From Botryllus schlosseri (Eukaryota): a DNA stretch of 64,000 nucleotides. A program made the translations under genes and the position numbers. Every line of letters begins with the position of its first letter. The first letter of the stretch is position 1. Where the stretch lies: positions 9,362,001 through 9,426,000 of the forward strand of contig CM119383.1 of NCBI GenBank assembly GCA_051294905.1. Reading direction: 5' to 3'. The notes beneath the pieces are model-generated. The model worked only from the letters and a program-made list of their open reading frames with translations. It was not told where the DNA came from and ran no database searches. This document shows positions 61,046 through 64,000 of the stretch, piece after piece.

Positions 61046-61303
61046 CAGTGGTTCTCAACTTTTTTCCGACTCATCGCCCCCCTTATCGAGCTCGACACAT
61101 ATTTTCACCCCCATATTTTCGGAACCGAATGAGGGCATATAAACGATCAGCTTTCGATGCAGATCCAGAACAACCCGTTTTTCACGTGCATTTCGTGCCG
61201 ATTAATTAAAGATAGTGTTCTAATATTTACGCCCCCACTATCGCCCTTTCGTTATTTTCACCCCGTTCCTCAAAATCGCCCCCGTTGGGAATCAGTGTCA
61301 CTG
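61046..61303. mobile_element. hAT-type MITE
   Basis: Left TIR CAGTGGTTCTCAAC, right GTTGGGAATCAGTGTCACTG, and perfect 8-bp TSD CTATAGAC. Confidence 0.88.
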
Positions 61304-62282
61304 CTATAGACCATCTGAAATGCCTAACTGATAGTTAATCGCAATCACTTATCACTTATATCTCAATTGTCAGTCTGCTGTATATGACTGTTGCATTGCA
61401 ATGCAAGACTGCAGTTATTGAACGCAGTCCGTGTCCATATAGCGTATCAGGTTATCACTATTTACATATTCTAGATCAAAGATGATTATACGAAAACAAG
61501 ACAATATTTATAACTCATAAAAAATAGCGTGAGATGAAGTGAATGTAAATATGTGAAGAATGTATAAATTACTATCTCATTAGTTTTTCTATTATAATTA
61601 TCTATTCTGTTGATCTTTGGCACCATAGAAGACCTGACTGATCTAGATAACATACCACTGTTAATGAATAACCAACCCCGATATACGATTTTTATAAAGA
61701 TTGGTGACAGTGACAGCACATTAGGCTACATGAACTATTTTATATAAATATTATTATAAATCAAAATCAAGTTGCCACATTTGTGGCCTTTAAGCCAAGT
61801 TAAAGACTCGGAGATTCCATTCTCCAGTGCCATCGAAGGCATATCCTCCAGAAGACTATGAAAAATTTGCAGTTTATATTTTTTCATTGAGAAATACAAC
61901 CGTCTGCACAATTGAATGCCAGGCAAAAATACAAATGCAGGGACGAAATAGCATCTGGTCTTACAACATATACGCTGGAATTTTGAAAAGAACGCATCTA
62001 TGATATTTTTTTGAATAATTTCGTAAGCAAATTTATGAGATTTACACATTCTCTCACCTTATTCGTAATTTTCATCTTTCAAAATGCGTTAGTGTCTGAA
62101 TGCATATGTGTGCAATACGCATATAGGTTCTGCATCAAAGTCTTCCACGTCCATCTTAATATCATATCTACATATTCAATAATACTTGCGAAATATATAG
62201 TTTACTACGCGGCATTTCTCGTATCATAGAAATTTAACTGCACGCGCGCGACCACAACGCTGGCCCCGTGAAAGCTTCGGTG

Positions 62283-62296
62283 GTTGCCTTGGTAAG
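62283..62296. promoter_or_regulatory. RFX X-box-like motif GTTGCCTTGGTAAG
   Basis: Matches GTNRCC(N0-3)RGYAAC except at the last base; lies in a CpG-richer patch upstream of the minus-strand LRR gene. Confidence 0.45.
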
Positions 62297-62978
62297 ATTT
62301 GTTTTGTGGATCTAGGCTACAGCGCCCACTAGCGGTTTGGTTGTTAAACATACGTTATCCGCTATTAGACATCTGCTGTTAAAAACAATGGAAAACCGAT
62401 TTCAGCTCATGGCTGTTTCGTACATAACGTATAATTGAAGACCTTCTTGGAGGTACAGAACTTCAGTATACAATTGAATAGTATATTCATATTGAAATGA
62501 ACCCGAATATTTTCAATATGAATATACTATATGTCGTATGGTCTATAAATCCGCCCGCTCAATGTGCCCAATGCGATGCACAAGACATAGCAAATAGGAA
62601 ACAACCAAATCTGTATTGATTTGATAAAAATTTTAATAAAATGATGATGATGATGATGATGATCATGGATGTAGGATAAGCATCACCCCAGTCGCAATTT
62701 TTCTTTGTGCAGTTTGATGATGATAGTAAACCCGTACTAGGTTAGTGTATCGTGTACGCGACAATTGTACATATTGTACATTGTACACATTGTACATTGT
62801 ACCACAGTAGCGCGAAAAAATACGATGTTGACTGTTTCCAACAATCCCGATGCTCGGTGCAATTTACCTGTCCGAGCCCCAAGTCCCCTGATTTTTCGCA
62901 ATTTTATTTCTTCGGCGAGTCCTTTGGCCGAATGTTCTTAAAAAGGCCAACTCTAATGTCACGAATGTGGTGGTCCTA

Positions 62979-63300
62979 GAACCTATTTGAGAACGACCCC
63001 ACCGAAAGACTTAAACGCAAGGAAGTATGTATCTCTATCTTTATTCGACATATGGTGTAAGTTAGTAGTACATAATCCAGTTTGAAAGCTTCCAAACGTC
63101 CCATCGGACAGGGACTTGGAATTAGAATATAGTCTTCGCTATAAAACACGCAGTATAGTTTTGGGAAAAGGTGAGTAGTGAGTACATATTGTTCTCTATT
63201 ATCGTGCAATAGACAGAAATGGGCACATCCGAACAAGCTTGATTGAGTTCCGGCCGGCATACAAAGCGACAGAAGAAAATTGGCACATCGTAGATTACAG
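62979..63300 (+). CDS. probable spliced exons of an unidentified gene
   Basis: One in-frame chain gives NLFENDPTERLKRKE / LPNVPSDRDLELEYSLRYKTRSIVLGK / DRNGHIRTSLIEFRPAYKATEENWHIVDY with GTATGT, GTGAGT and GTGCGT donors. No start codon or continuation could be resolved. Confidence 0.35.
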
Positions 63301-64000
63301 GTGCGTGACATGACAAACAACGTATGAAAATTTAATAACAGACACAGGGCATCCTATTAGAGAAACCAATGTAGCGCTTCCGTTTCAGCTATCTATAACT
63401 AACTTCTTCGATTGCGTGGTGCCCGGCGACGCGACAAAGCCAGTTCATTCGATAATCACGTGTAGTCTTCACTAATCGCCAGTCGCTGTGTTTCAACGGC
63501 ATTATCGATGTAGAATATAATATTTAGGCGGCGAAAACGCAGCGCCAAACAGGAAGCAGTGGCTCTCGCAAGGATTAGTCAGCGATTACCGATTCCTTTA
63601 TTTGCTCCCGTCTGACCGAGAGGAAACGAACGTATTTGACGCATGCGTTGGCGAGAGTAGCGGAAACAAACGGTTGTCGTCAGCTGCTCGCTTCGGGATA
63701 AAAGAAATATACGGCGCGGCGAGCGAACGACGATAACTTCAGTCGTGAGAGAAGCGAAAATTAGGCAGTAGACGGAAGCGTAAACGAGTTGGAAATTGTT
63801 TGGGGTGTGCAATTGTATGGGGAAAGGTGTGAAGTAAAATAATGTTATCCCAGGAAGCCGGGAGTCGTCGTAAATGACTGTTTATTACCTGGTGTAGAAT
63901 CGTCCCATCTACCGCACCGATACAAGGAGATAGGTGCTGGTGTTTACAACGGCATTACGCGATTGTACGGTCGGTCGCGCGATATAATTACTTCCGCCAA

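Noticed and set aside
63827-63853. 27-nt GT-AG intron joining ELEIVWGVQLYGER to KPGVVVND
   Set aside because: Far shorter than the other introns modelled here (mostly >=54 nt); not supportable without reads.

Overview
Eukaryotic, gene-dense invertebrate window; the very short 54-66 nt introns and chordate-like proteins suggest an ascidian-like genome, but that is inference. Gene order: 5'-truncated ARMC9 (+, 13 exons in window), GLMN (+, single-exon CDS), NBAS (+, single-exon 7.3 kb CDS, 254 nt after GLMN), an 11-exon LRR-Ig-TM receptor-like gene (-), U2SURP/SR140 (+, 21 exons, head-to-head with the LRR-Ig gene), and a >=26-exon, >=1248 aa N-terminal LRR/LRRcap gene of unknown function (-). 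Exon-like sequence at about 42.5-43.3 kb and 62.8-64 kb is unresolved. Introns hold many non-autonomous elements: several hAT-type MITEs with perfect 8-bp TSDs, foldback MITEs, a tRNA-derived SINE, a dispersed ~270 bp repeat and a 1 kb foldback element built from inverted telomere-like arrays. The most unusual features are the adjacent intronless GLMN-NBAS pair in an intron-rich neighbourhood, the telomere-repeat foldback element, and a perfect 27-bp palindrome in the bidirectional promoter. Exon models were built by hand from GT-AG sites and frame continuity. Gene identities rest on recalled similarity to known proteins; no database search was run. No CRISPR array, rRNA or functional tRNA gene was seen.
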